Part shown: positions 38,557-48,717 of the stretch, piece by piece
Numbering within the stretch: the stretch's first letter is position 1
How the letters are laid out: the number at the start of each line of letters is the position of its first letter
Origin: Candidatus Binatia bacterium
GTDB taxonomy: Bacteria; Desulfobacterota; Binatia; HRBIN30
Length of the DNA: 64,000 bases
Direction: 5' to 3'
NCBI GenBank assembly: GCA_044450645.1
Contig: JBIOJG010000018.1
Location: forward strand, 30,825 to 94,824
The notes under the pieces: generated by a model
Told to the model about the DNA's origin: nothing
Database searches by the model: none
Seen by the model: only the letters and a program-made list of their open reading frames with translations
Program-made: the position numbers and the translations under genes

Positions 38557-39690
38557 TTGAGAGACCGCCTCCTCACCTTCATCGACGCCTTGCGCGACGC
38601 CGGCCTGCCACTCACGATGGCAGAGGCGCTCGACGCCATGCACGCGGTCGGCGTTATCGGCGTCGAACCGGAAGCCTTCCATGAGGGGCTGGCGGCGGCG
38701 TTGGTGAAGGATGAGGCCGACCGGCCGGCGTTTGATGCCGTTTTCGCCCGGTTTTTCGCAGTGCCGGGGCGCCAACGCCGCAGGGGCGAACGGCCGCAAC
38801 CCGTCGACGAAGGCCAAGGCCGCGGGAGCGGTAGGCCAGGAACACTCCCGGCAGCTGCCGAACACCGCGAACGGCCGAGAGATGATCCCGGACAGCAGCC
38901 GTCGTCGGAACGGTGTGTTGAGTTCAGCCGCCGTAGGCAGCAGCCGGACGGTGCCCGGCGTTTGGCCCGTGATCGGGAACTCCTCACGATACCGTTCCGC
39001 ACGATGTCCCCACCAGACGCAGAGGCGTGTGAGGCCTTGGTAACTGAACTGGCACAACGATTTCGGGCACACCTGAGCCGACGCCAGCACGCAGCGCACC
39101 GCGGCCGACTCGACCTACGCCGCACGTTGCGAAGGTCGATCACCAAGGGAGGTGTTCCGATCGATCCTGCATTCCGCCGCCGGCGGCCCGGACGTCCCGA
39201 TCTCGTCGCCTTATGCGACTTTTCGCATTCGGTGACGATCGCCAGTCAGTTCCTGATCGCGCTCCTCACCCCTGCATCTGCATTCTTTCGCAGGGTGAGA
39301 CTGTTTGCTTTCGTCGATCGACCGGTGGAGGTTTCGTTCGAGGGCGGCGCGCTGGTTCCTCACGAGCCACTGGATTTGTATGCAAGATCCGACTTCGGCA
39401 AGGTGCTGCTAACCTTCTGGAACCAGCACGAACCGCTGCTGACTCGCAGTACAATCATACTCATCCTTGGTGATGCGCGGAACAACCGGCGTCCGCCTCG
39501 TGCGGACGTCCTTGGACGCATTCACAGTGCCGTGCGGCAGACAACATGGTTGAATCCCGAACCACGCGAGCGTTGGAACACCGGCGATAGTACCATGGGC
39601 ACATACGAACGCCACTGTGACGCCCTGCTCGCTGCTTCAAACGTCCGTGAACTGTACGCAGCCTTACGGCGCACCTTCCGTACCCTGTAA
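38557..39690 (+). CDS. VWA domain protein (CoxE-like)
   Basis: 'GRLDLRRTLRRS', 'LCDFSHS', 'ILGDARNN', 'WLNPEP..WNTGDS'. Confidence 0.85.
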   Translation: MRDRLLTFIDALRDAGLPLTMAEALDAMHAVGVIGVEPEAFHEGLAAALVKDEADRPAFDAVFARFFAVPGRQRRRGERPQPVDEGQGRGSGRPGTLPAAAEHRERPRDDPGQQPSSERCVEFSRRRQQPDGARRLARDRELLTIPFRTMSPPDAEACEALVTELAQRFRAHLSRRQHAAHRGRLDLRRTLRRSITKGGVPIDPAFRRRRPGRPDLVALCDFSHSVTIASQFLIALLTPASAFFRRVRLFAFVDRPVEVSFEGGALVPHEPLDLYARSDFGKVLLTFWNQHEPLLTRSTIILILGDARNNRRPPRADVLGRIHSAVRQTTWLNPEPRERWNTGDSTMGTYERHCDALLAASNVRELYAALRRTFRTL

Positions 39691-39751
39691 GCCGCGACCG
39701 GTCTCACGGCAGGCCGAATCTGCCCGGCGGTTCTAAAAATCTGTACTGAAA

Positions 39752-41227
39752 CTACGGCTTCGGCGTGCGGAGGTGAGACGATCTCATGGTCCGCATCCGC
39801 ACGGCAATGCCAACGAAGAGGGAAGCGGCGAGAGCGGCTGCCCCCCACGCATTCACGTCCGGGATTGGAGCAGCGGGGGTTACCGGGGTCGGAGGTCCGG
39901 GTAGGTTGTCTTGCAGATCAACGGCAAAGATGATCTCGCCAGCCACAAGGGGCCGCGACAGGTGTATGCCGGTACCGAAGATACTCTCAAAATTGCCTTG
40001 GCCATCGGTCTCCCCGATGCCGAGCAGCACGTCATCAGTGCCAGGGGCGCACCCTTCTGGAATGCCGTTCGGACCAGCGCTGCAGACCTCCAGCAGCGGG
40101 GACAGGATGTTGGGAGCCCCATGACCAAAAACGCGTAACGACCCGGCTGTGTTGCCTCCGGTGATGACGGGAGGCGCTGGAACCGGTGTGTTCGTTGGTG
40201 TCCGGCTGGCGGTCATTGTCGGTGTCGCCGTACTGACCGGCGTCTTGGTCGGAGTGGCGGACGGCGTCGCCGTTGGAGCGCTCGTGCTCGTTGCAGTCGG
40301 GCTCGGCGTCGGCGTATTGCTCGGTGTCAGAGTCGGGCTACTCGTTGGGCTCGGAGTGGACGTGCTCGTTGGCGTCTGGGTTGGCGTATTCGTCGCCGTT
40401 CGCGTCGGGGTGCTGGTCGGCGTGTTCGTGGGCGGCTGCGTCCCCGTGCTCGTTAATGTCGGTGTTGCTGTTATCGTGGGACTCGGGGTTAGCGTCGGTG
40501 TATTGCTCGGTATCAGAGTCGGGCTATTCGTAGGGCTCGGAGCGGACGTGCTGGTTGGCGTCTGGGTTGGCGTATTCGTCGCCGTTAGCGTCGGGGTATT
40601 GGTCGGCGTGTTTGTGGGAGAAGGCGTGCTAGTCGGTGTGCCTGTTGGTGAATTCGTCGGGGTCGAAGAGGGTTGGGGCCCGACAAAAATTGTGCCGCCA
40701 ACGGTACTACAGGGCGCGAATTGTGCGCCCTGGGCCAAATTGCATTTCGTCACCGCCACATTGCTGCTACCGTCCACTTGGCCCAGGAAGGTAATCTGAA
40801 ACAGCGCCCCACTGCCACTCAGCGGAGTGCCGCACAGAGCCGACACGCTCACTTTCCCGGTAACAGCCGTATTCGGAACGAAGAAGCAACTGCTACTCAG
40901 CGTTCCCGAATTGGTTGCAGCTGTCGCCAGCACCGCCGTCGGGTTGTCGTACGTCACGTCGATTGTGAACCCGGACAGACTATTTGCGTTGTCGATGGAT
41001 ACGCTGATGATAGCGGTCGCACCGGGCGTGGGAATCGTCGTCGCGGCCGGAGAGATACTGACTGTCCGGGGCACGAGTGTCGCCGTGGGCGTTGGGGTTT
41101 GGGTCTGCGCCAGGGCGGCTTCAGTGAAGAGCCCGATAGACAGCAAAAGGGAAGAAATGCAGTGGGTCACGACCAGACGAGATCGTCTGGGTCGTTCTCG
41201 CTCCGCGCCTCCACCCCTCTCAATCAT
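39752..41227 (-). CDS. Surface protein: cohesin-like domain, long Pro/Thr linker, small domain, IPTL-CTERM-like anchor
   Basis: Signal ending 'AALA'; 'GSGALFQITF'; (TP)n linker; C-terminal 'IPDVNAWGAAALAASLFVGIAVRMR'. Confidence 0.75.
   Translation of the reverse strand: MIERGGGAERERPRRSRLVVTHCISSLLLSIGLFTEAALAQTQTPTPTATLVPRTVSISPAATTIPTPGATAIISVSIDNANSLSGFTIDVTYDNPTAVLATAATNSGTLSSSCFFVPNTAVTGKVSVSALCGTPLSGSGALFQITFLGQVDGSSNVAVTKCNLAQGAQFAPCSTVGGTIFVGPQPSSTPTNSPTGTPTSTPSPTNTPTNTPTLTATNTPTQTPTSTSAPSPTNSPTLIPSNTPTLTPSPTITATPTLTSTGTQPPTNTPTSTPTRTATNTPTQTPTSTSTPSPTSSPTLTPSNTPTPSPTATSTSAPTATPSATPTKTPVSTATPTMTASRTPTNTPVPAPPVITGGNTAGSLRVFGHGAPNILSPLLEVCSAGPNGIPEGCAPGTDDVLLGIGETDGQGNFESIFGTGIHLSRPLVAGEIIFAVDLQDNLPGPPTPVTPAAPIPDVNAWGAAALAASLFVGIAVRMRTMRSSHLRTPKP
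40180..40680. repeat. Coding Pro/Thr tandem repeats with internal duplication
   Basis: Near-identical ~100-bp blocks (..GTATTGCTCGGT.TCAGAGTCGGGCTA..GGCGTATTCGTCGCCGTT..) at ~40310 and ~40495. Confidence 0.75.
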
Positions 41228-41559
41228 GTGAAGGCCTTTTTGCCATATAGCCGACGAAAGTCAAGTCGAAAGCGCCTGCGAGAACTCTCTCCGATGGCGC
41301 ACGAAACCGCAACCCAAGTTCGGTAGCCAAAGCGCGGGGGCGTTTCTCGGGCTGCAAATGGTGACGTCGTCGGGATTCGCAGCCTGGCCAAGTGATCACT
41401 CATATTGAGGAGATTGCCGCAAAAGTTCCAACCGACGGCAGGTCGCCGCCCTATTATTTGGCAGCCAGAACACTCGGATGGTCCACCGATGTTGTCTCCC
41501 ACGATTGCACCGTCTGGCACGTCGTCTGCATGGGAGAGGAGTCAGAGAAAGAGCGAACG

Positions 41560-41682
41560 ATGCTCAAGCTATCTTGGCTCCCACACTGGCAGGCCTACGT
41601 TGTCAGACGAGACGGTCGAATCATCGGCATGGTACGCTGCAAAATGCCGCTCCCGTTTCGACTCACGGTCGCATTCAGCTAG
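41560..41682 (+). CDS. 40-aa hypothetical small protein
   Basis: MLKLSWLPHWQAYVVRRDGRIIGMVRC...; purine-rich leader. Confidence 0.35.
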   Translation: MLKLSWLPHWQAYVVRRDGRIIGMVRCKMPLPFRLTVAFS

Positions 41683-41761
41683 AGCACCTCCATTTTCTCC
41701 CCGCCGGATCTTCTTGCCGCGTCGGAAGTGTCGGGGTATGCTCCGCTGCCTTGAAGGCAGC

Positions 41762-41968
41762 ATGAAATTTTTTCTTCAGAACCACAGCAGCTATCCCCAC
41801 GCCGGTGACGGTCCAGGGCAGCAGCGACTGCAGCCGGCGCATGCGGCACGCGAACGCGGGGACATTGAGCCGGCCGAGGCCATCACCATCGAACGGTCGG
41901 TAATCGATGAGATTCTCCACGACTCGAAGATCCGCATGTCGTGGCAAGCCAGGTTGAAACTATGTTAA
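41762..41968 (+). pseudogene. N-terminal remnant of a MetE-like (cobalamin-independent methionine synthase II family) gene
   Basis: 'NHSSYPHAGDGPGQQRL...RERGDI...VIDEIL' resembles that family's N-terminus, then stops. Confidence 0.45.
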
Positions 41969-42189
41969 AGCACTACGTGCTCGACACCGTTCACTTGCTT
42001 CCCTCATGCGGGTTGGAGCACTTGCCGCGTGACCGTGCCCGGTCCAAACTGGAGCTGTTGGCTCGCACCCGGCAGCGGTTGCACTCGTTCTCATGAATCG
42101 CCCAAGAAGCGATGGCAAAGCTGCGTGACATGATAGAGGCGACTCGGTTGATGCGCGGAGCAACCTCAATGCGGAGTGGATAAGCCGGA

Positions 42190-43020
42190 ATGAATCGTAG
42201 TGACTTGAGTGCGCTCTTTGATCAGCTGGCATTGCGCGGCAACCATGTAGTCATGCATGCGTCGCTCTCCAGCCTCGGCAGCATCGACGGTGGCGCGTTG
42301 ACGGTGTGCTCAACTCTGCTCGAAGCAGTGGGCGACAGCGGCACCGTGATGATGCCGGCCTTCACCTGCGCCGAGACTTGGCCCAGCGCTGCCCCGGGCA
42401 AGACCCTCGGCCGCCCGGTGGCTTTTCACGCCGACCTCTCGGTGAGCAAAGCGGTCGGCACCATCGCCGAGGCCTTTCGCCGCTTGCCCGGCGTGCTACG
42501 GAGCAGTCACCCGACGCACTCATTTGCGGCGTGGGGCCGCCACGCACGCGAGGTGCTGTCGACGCAGCGCGACAACAACCCCCTCGGCCCCCTGAAGAAA
42601 CTCAACATCATGCAGGGACAGGTGCTCCTGCTGGGGACCTCGTTGCAGTCAGCCACTTTTATCCACGTCGCCGAAGAGCGTTTCGGCGTTCCGTACCTCA
42701 ACCGTGGCACCGCGGTTCGCCTGAACGCAGCCGGCTACGATGAGCGCGTCGTGCTTGAAAACATCCCCGGTTGCAGCGCCGCCTTCATCAAGTTGGAGGA
42801 CCGCCTCGACCCGGCCAAGGTGAAGTCCGCCCCGTTGGCGCGTGGCGCGGCGCGGAAGATCGCCGTCCGCTACCTGATGCAACTCGCAACGGCGATGCTG
42901 GACCGTGATCCGCGCGCCTTCGTCTGCGACCAGCCCGATTGCGCCAACTGTGCCGTCAAACGTGCGGCCCTTGCGGATGCGGAGCCCAGCACACAGCCCG
43001 CAAACCTCAGGACTCCATAG
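42190..43020 (+). CDS. AAC(3)/Antibiotic_NAT family N-acetyltransferase
   Basis: 'MHASLSSLG', 'VMMPAFT', 'RSSHPTHSFAAWG', 'LLLG..TFIHVAE'; C-terminal 'CDQPDCANC'. Confidence 0.85.
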   Translation: MNRSDLSALFDQLALRGNHVVMHASLSSLGSIDGGALTVCSTLLEAVGDSGTVMMPAFTCAETWPSAAPGKTLGRPVAFHADLSVSKAVGTIAEAFRRLPGVLRSSHPTHSFAAWGRHAREVLSTQRDNNPLGPLKKLNIMQGQVLLLGTSLQSATFIHVAEERFGVPYLNRGTAVRLNAAGYDERVVLENIPGCSAAFIKLEDRLDPAKVKSAPLARGAARKIAVRYLMQLATAMLDRDPRAFVCDQPDCANCAVKRAALADAEPSTQPANLRTP

Positions 43021-44334
43021 CTACGCCGCGTCATCCATCCAGGCGCGGCCGAGCGCAAGTTTGCGCCCCCGCACGGTGGCCAACACGTAGGGACCCTGGG
43101 GCAGCACGGCGATGTGCGCCTCTGAACCGTAATGCTCAAGAGCCCGCGCGAGCGCCGTTTCCACCGTGACCGCCGGTGTCACCAGCAGCCCGCGCACGGC
43201 CTCGGCTGGCAGCCCTTCGGTGACCAGCACCACCTCCGCCTTGCGCAGAACCTGGCACAAGTGCTGCACCATCCACTGATCGACACGGAAGAACCCCGGC
43301 GCAGTGACGCGCGCCATGAAGTCATCGTTGCCGCGGGCGGCCCGCAAGAGTTCCTGGAAATCCTCGCTCCCGATGCCCTCGCTGAGGGCCGCGGCCAGAA
43401 TGATTGTCCCGCCGCGGCGCACGACGTTGAGCGCACCGGTGAGACCCTTGATCGACTGGTAAAAGGTCGCGTCCAGCGGGTAGCCGCCGGCGGAGGTAAT
43501 GACGATGTCGGCGGGACGGTCGAGATCGACTCGTACCTCGCGTTCGACCGCCTCCATGCCGGCTTCGTGGGCGCGTTCGATGTCGCCCGCAAAGACGCCG
43601 GTTAGCTTCCGAGTTCGGTCGACCGACACATCGAGCAGGAAATCGACAGGCGCCAGGCGCGCAATCTCCAGCAGGTCTTCATGGAACGGGTTGCCGTCGA
43701 TTATGCCGGGCCCGACGTTGGACTCCAGCATCGCCGGGCCATGCGCGCTGCGCATCGTCTCCACGCCGGCGAGACCGGGTGCAACCCCTTTGCGGCCGCC
43801 CGAGTACCCAGCCATCAAGTGCGGCTCTATCAGGCCCGTCACGACCTTCAGATCGCTGTTGATGAAGCCGCGATCGAGCCAGACCTCGGTCCCACGCCGC
43901 GTGCGCCCGAGATGGAAGTGCTCGTCGGCATTGCGCGCGATGTGATTGCGGAAACGGCAGTGTTCGACCAGCTCGGTGCTGGTCATCTCCACCAACTCGG
44001 CGCGCGTGTTGGGCCGGTGCAGGCCGGTCGCCACGAGTATCTCGATACGGCTCCGGTCGATGCCAGCCGCTTCCAGCGTCCGCAAGATCGGCGGCAGCAC
44101 GATCCCATTCGGCACAGGCCGTGTCTTGTCCGAGATCACCACCACCGCATCGCGACGACCGCACGCCAACTCCGCCAGCGGGCGCGCACCGATCGGGGCA
44201 CGCAATGCCTGCGCCACCGCAGCCGCCGGATCGGCCACCGGCAGGCCCTTCGACGGCTCTGCCACGGAAATCGGCAGACCATTTGGGAGGTGCACGTTCA
44301 AACCAGTGAGACCGTAATCGAGTCGAATCTCCAT
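43021..44334 (-). CDS. Nickel-dependent lactate racemase family (LarA-like)
   Basis: 'ISDKTRPVP', 'ATGLHR', 'EPHLMAGYSGGRK', 'GGYPLDATFYQSIKG'. Confidence 0.88.
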   Translation of the reverse strand: MEIRLDYGLTGLNVHLPNGLPISVAEPSKGLPVADPAAAVAQALRAPIGARPLAELACGRRDAVVVISDKTRPVPNGIVLPPILRTLEAAGIDRSRIEILVATGLHRPNTRAELVEMTSTELVEHCRFRNHIARNADEHFHLGRTRRGTEVWLDRGFINSDLKVVTGLIEPHLMAGYSGGRKGVAPGLAGVETMRSAHGPAMLESNVGPGIIDGNPFHEDLLEIARLAPVDFLLDVSVDRTRKLTGVFAGDIERAHEAGMEAVEREVRVDLDRPADIVITSAGGYPLDATFYQSIKGLTGALNVVRRGGTIILAAALSEGIGSEDFQELLRAARGNDDFMARVTAPGFFRVDQWMVQHLCQVLRKAEVVLVTEGLPAEAVRGLLVTPAVTVETALARALEHYGSEAHIAVLPQGPYVLATVRGRKLALGRAWMDDAA

Positions 44335-44610
44335 CCCGCCCCAAATCTAACGCGTAACGGCTGCCGTGACAACGCGCCCCGAGGTTCCGCGGTGCGGTTC
44401 CGCGGTTCGCTTGACCACCGTGCCGAGGGTGGTTAAAAAGCGGCTTACGAATTAATGCGTCGCGTCCTAGCGTCGGCGTCGTGCACGTCTGGCGGGCCTC
44501 GGAACACTCGATATCGTGAAGAATTCTGTAGGGCCGAGCGTCTATCACGCGACAACTGGGTCGGCCGTCGGCCGCCGGACGATTTGAACGAGGAGAGGAC
44601 TTGAGCTGAT

Positions 44611-45600
44611 ATGGATGCCGGGATCACAGCCATCAACGAACGCGTCAAGGAAGAAGCTGCGTGCCTGTACCGCCTGCGCGAGGAGATCGGCCGCATCATC
44701 GTCGGCCAGCGCTATCTGGTCGATCGCTTGATGATCGGACTACTTGCCAACGGCCATGTGCTGTTGGAAGGCGTCCCCGGACTCGCCAAGACGCTGTCGG
44801 TGAAAACCCTGGCACAGTCGATCAACGCCAGCTTTCAGCGCTTGCAGTTCACGCCCGATCTGCTCCCGGCCGATCTCATCGGCACGTTGATCTACAACCC
44901 ACGCGAAGGGGTCTTCACCACCAAGAAGGGGCCGATTTTCGCCAACATCATTCTGGCCGACGAGATCAACCGCGCCCCCGCGAAGGTCCAGAGCGCGCTG
45001 CTCGAAGCCATGCAAGAGCGCCAGGTGACGATCGGCGACCAAACACACCCGCTGCCCGATCCGTTCCTGGTCCTGGCCACCCAAAACCCGATCGAGCAAG
45101 AAGGCACCTACCCGCTCCCCGAAGCGCAGGTCGATCGCTTCATGTTGAAGCTGTCCATCACCTATCCTTCAAAGGATGAGGAGCGGCAGATCCTCGACCG
45201 CATGGCTTCGACCAATCACCGCGACGGCGCCAGCCCGGTCATCGACACTGCGGACGTCCTGCGCCTGCGCACCTTGGTCGACCAAGTTTACCTCGATGAC
45301 AAGATCAAGGACTACATCATCGACCTCGTGTTCGCGACGCGGGACCCGTCGGCCTACAAACTCGATCTGCAGCGGTTGATCCAGTACGGCGCCTCGCCGC
45401 GTGCCACGCTCTACCTCACGCTGGCCGCCAAGGCGCACGCCCTTCTTCAGGGACGTGGCTACGTCACGCCGCAAGACGTCAAGTCCATTGGACCCGACAT
45501 TCTGCGTCACCGGGTCATCGTCACCTACGAGGCGGAGGCCGAAGACATCGATGCCAGCGCCGTCGTCAAAACCATCTTCGACGGAGTGCCGGTACCGTGA
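44611..45600 (+). CDS. moxR: MoxR (MRP) AAA+ ATPase
   Basis: 'LLEGVPGLAKT', 'QFTPDLLPAD', 'DEINRAPAKVQSALLEAMQE'. Confidence 0.95.
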   Translation: MDAGITAINERVKEEAACLYRLREEIGRIIVGQRYLVDRLMIGLLANGHVLLEGVPGLAKTLSVKTLAQSINASFQRLQFTPDLLPADLIGTLIYNPREGVFTTKKGPIFANIILADEINRAPAKVQSALLEAMQERQVTIGDQTHPLPDPFLVLATQNPIEQEGTYPLPEAQVDRFMLKLSITYPSKDEERQILDRMASTNHRDGASPVIDTADVLRLRTLVDQVYLDDKIKDYIIDLVFATRDPSAYKLDLQRLIQYGASPRATLYLTLAAKAHALLQGRGYVTPQDVKSIGPDILRHRVIVTYEAEAEDIDASAVVKTIFDGVPVP

Positions 45601-45660
45601 AGTCGTGATTTCTGAGCCGTGAATCGTGATCCAGGAACCCTGGACCCTTGAACCCTGATC
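45597..45660. repeat. Intergenic short tandem repeats
   Basis: CGTGAA/TCGTGA units followed by GAACCCT/GACCCTT units. Confidence 0.45.
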
Positions 45661-45664
45661 GTCC

Positions 45665-46540
<876 letters not shown>

Positions 46541-46541
46541 T

Positions 46542-47735
46542 ATGGCTCGGGCGGAGGACATGGACCACACGGCAGCGCTCTCTCATGCGCAATCAGGTCT
46601 CCTCTCCCCGTGGGGAGAGTCGATAAACGGGAGAGAGACCCTTCGACAAGCTCAGGGTGAGCGGAATTCTTGTTTGAAATTGAATACCCAACCGCTCGTG
46701 CTGAGCTTGTCGAAGCACTGGTTGCGAGAAAATCGACACTCCCCGTGGGCGAGGGTCAGGGCGACGGCACACGTCGCGATGGTGACTCTTCTCACCCTCA
46801 TCCTCTTTGCCACCTCCACTTTCGCCGCCGACCCTGCGCCCGATGCCACCGCCCCGGTCACCGTGCAGGCCCGTGTCGATCGGAATCAGATCTCCATTGG
46901 CGATCCGATCCGCTACACCGTGGAAGTCACGGCCGCCGCTGACACGGAGATCATCATCCCGGTGTTCAGCGGCACGCTCGGTGATTTTACCGTCAGTGAT
47001 TTCGGGGAGCTGCCCACTCGCAAGGAGAACGGTCGTATCATCACGGCCCGCTGGTACACGCTGACCATCTTCAGCACGGGCGACCACCTGGTGCCGGCGC
47101 CGAAGGTACACTACCGTTTGCCGGGGGAGGACCTGCGTGAAGCGGAGGGCAACGAACTACTCGTCGGCGTCACCAGTTTGCTGGCGCAAGAGAAGAACGC
47201 CGCCGACATCCGCGACATCAAGCCGCCGGAGGAGGTGCCGTTCGACTGGCGGCCTTACGGCTTTGGTGCGGCAGTCGTCCTGGCAGTGGGGTTGCTCGGG
47301 GCCGGACTCTTCTATGTCCTCAATCGCCCGCGACGGCAGCGCCTGCTGCCCCCGCAGCCGCCGCACGAAGCGGCCTTGGCGGCGCTCAACAGGCTGCGCG
47401 CGCGGCATTTCATCGAGGAAGGGAAGTTCGAGGAATACTATGTCCAGCTCTCCGCCATCGTGCGACGCTACCTGGAAGACCGTTTCAGCCTGCGCGCGCC
47501 CGAGATGACCACCGAAGAGTTTCTGACCACCGTGGCCGGCGACGGACGACTCGCCCCGCCGCACCGGCGGCTCCTCGCAGACTTCTTGTCGCAAGCCGAT
47601 CTGGTCAAGTTCGCCCGGCACCTGCCGACACTGCAGGATAGCGAAGGCGCGTACACCGCCGCGCGGCGTTTTGTCGAGGAGACACAGCCCGCCGCCACGC
47701 ATCAGTCTCCGGAGGGACCGCGTGCGGCTGCATGA
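46542..47735 (+). CDS. Bat-operon accessory membrane protein (BatD-like N-domain, DUF4381-like)
   Basis: 'VDRNQISIGDPIRY', 'IRDIKPP', 'RAPEMTTEEFL', 'ADLVKFA'; start 46542 (coupled) or 46779. Confidence 0.78.
   Translation: MARAEDMDHTAALSHAQSGLLSPWGESINGRETLRQAQGERNSCLKLNTQPLVLSLSKHWLRENRHSPWARVRATAHVAMVTLLTLILFATSTFAADPAPDATAPVTVQARVDRNQISIGDPIRYTVEVTAAADTEIIIPVFSGTLGDFTVSDFGELPTRKENGRIITARWYTLTIFSTGDHLVPAPKVHYRLPGEDLREAEGNELLVGVTSLLAQEKNAADIRDIKPPEEVPFDWRPYGFGAAVVLAVGLLGAGLFYVLNRPRRQRLLPPQPPHEAALAALNRLRARHFIEEGKFEEYYVQLSAIVRRYLEDRFSLRAPEMTTEEFLTTVAGDGRLAPPHRRLLADFLSQADLVKFARHLPTLQDSEGAYTAARRFVEETQPAATHQSPEGPRAAA
46602..46761. repeat. Nested REP/MITE-like palindromes
   Basis: CCCTTCGACAAGCTCAGGGTGAGCGG (46639) pairs with CCGCTCGTGCTGAGCTTGTCGAAGC (46692); flanked by CTCCCCGTGGG on both sides. 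Confidence 0.75.
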
Positions 47736-48717
47736 TCCGTGGGCGCTGGCCCTGATCGTCATCGTGCCGCTGCTGTTCTGGCTGCAGCGGCGCATGCAGC
47801 GTGACGCCGCCGTCCGCTTTCCGACCCTCAGCGTGGTACGCGCCATCCCGCATGCCGGCGTCCGGCGTTGGCGCTGGCTCTTGCAGGCGCTGCGGGGCCT
47901 GGTGCTCGTGCTGCTGATCGCGACTCTGGCCCGGCCGCAAAAGGGCAAGGCGGAAAGCGCCTACTACGGGCAGGGTATCGATATCATGCTGGCCGTCGAC
48001 ATCTCTGGCAGCATGCTCTCGGAGGACTTCACTTTGGACGGACACCGCGCCAGCCGGCTCGACGTCGTCAAGTCGGTGGTGAAGGACTTCGTGGCCGGAC
48101 GCGCCGGCGATCGCATCGGCCTAGTATTGTTCAGCGCCCGCCCCTACACGCAATGTCCCCTGACGCTGGACCACGGCTGGCTGTTGCAGAATCTCGCGCG
48201 TGCCAAAATTGGCATGATCGAGGACGGCACGGCGATCGGCTCCGCGCTCGCCACCGCGGCTGGACGGCTGGAACATTCCGACGCCACGAGCAAGGTCATC
48301 ATTCTGCTCACCGACGGCCAGAACAACGCCGGCAAGATTTCCCCGGCAACCGCAACGGACGCGGTCCAGGCGCTGGGCATCAAGGTGTACACCATCGGCG
48401 CCGGCACCCGCGGCCTGGCACCGTACCCGACGCGCGATCTCTTCGGCAACAAGGTGTACCAGCCCATCAAGGTCGACATCGACGAAGACAGCTTGAAGCA
48501 GATCGCGCGGAAGACCGCCGGCGCGTACTTCCGTGCCACCGACACCGCCAGCCTTCAGCAGATCTACGGCGAGATCAACCGCCTGGAGAAGACCACGTTC
48601 AGTGCGCCGCGCTATCTGGATTACGACGAACTGTATCCCTGGCTCGCCATTCCGGCGCTGCTCCTCCTGGGTGCGGAAGTCGGCCTGGGCCATACCCGCT
48701 TGCGGAAGCTCCCATGA
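47722..48717 (+). CDS. batA: VWA domain protein BatA
   Basis: 'LARPQ', MIDAS 'DISGSM', 'DRIGLV', 'GTAIG', 'LLTDGQNN'. Confidence 0.9.
   Translation: MRLHDPWALALIVIVPLLFWLQRRMQRDAAVRFPTLSVVRAIPHAGVRRWRWLLQALRGLVLVLLIATLARPQKGKAESAYYGQGIDIMLAVDISGSMLSEDFTLDGHRASRLDVVKSVVKDFVAGRAGDRIGLVLFSARPYTQCPLTLDHGWLLQNLARAKIGMIEDGTAIGSALATAAGRLEHSDATSKVIILLTDGQNNAGKISPATATDAVQALGIKVYTIGAGTRGLAPYPTRDLFGNKVYQPIKVDIDEDSLKQIARKTAGAYFRATDTASLQQIYGEINRLEKTTFSAPRYLDYDELYPWLAIPALLLLGAEVGLGHTRLRKLP

Noticed and set aside
40149-40799. Val/Gly-rich 216-aa plus-strand ORF; repeats superficially array-like
   Set aside because: Antisense shadow of the Pro/Thr linker; no repeat-spacer structure, so not CRISPR
47868-48713. 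N-terminal 282 aa of the 631-aa ORF
   Set aside because: Out-of-frame overlap with batA; BatB starts at coupled ATG 48714
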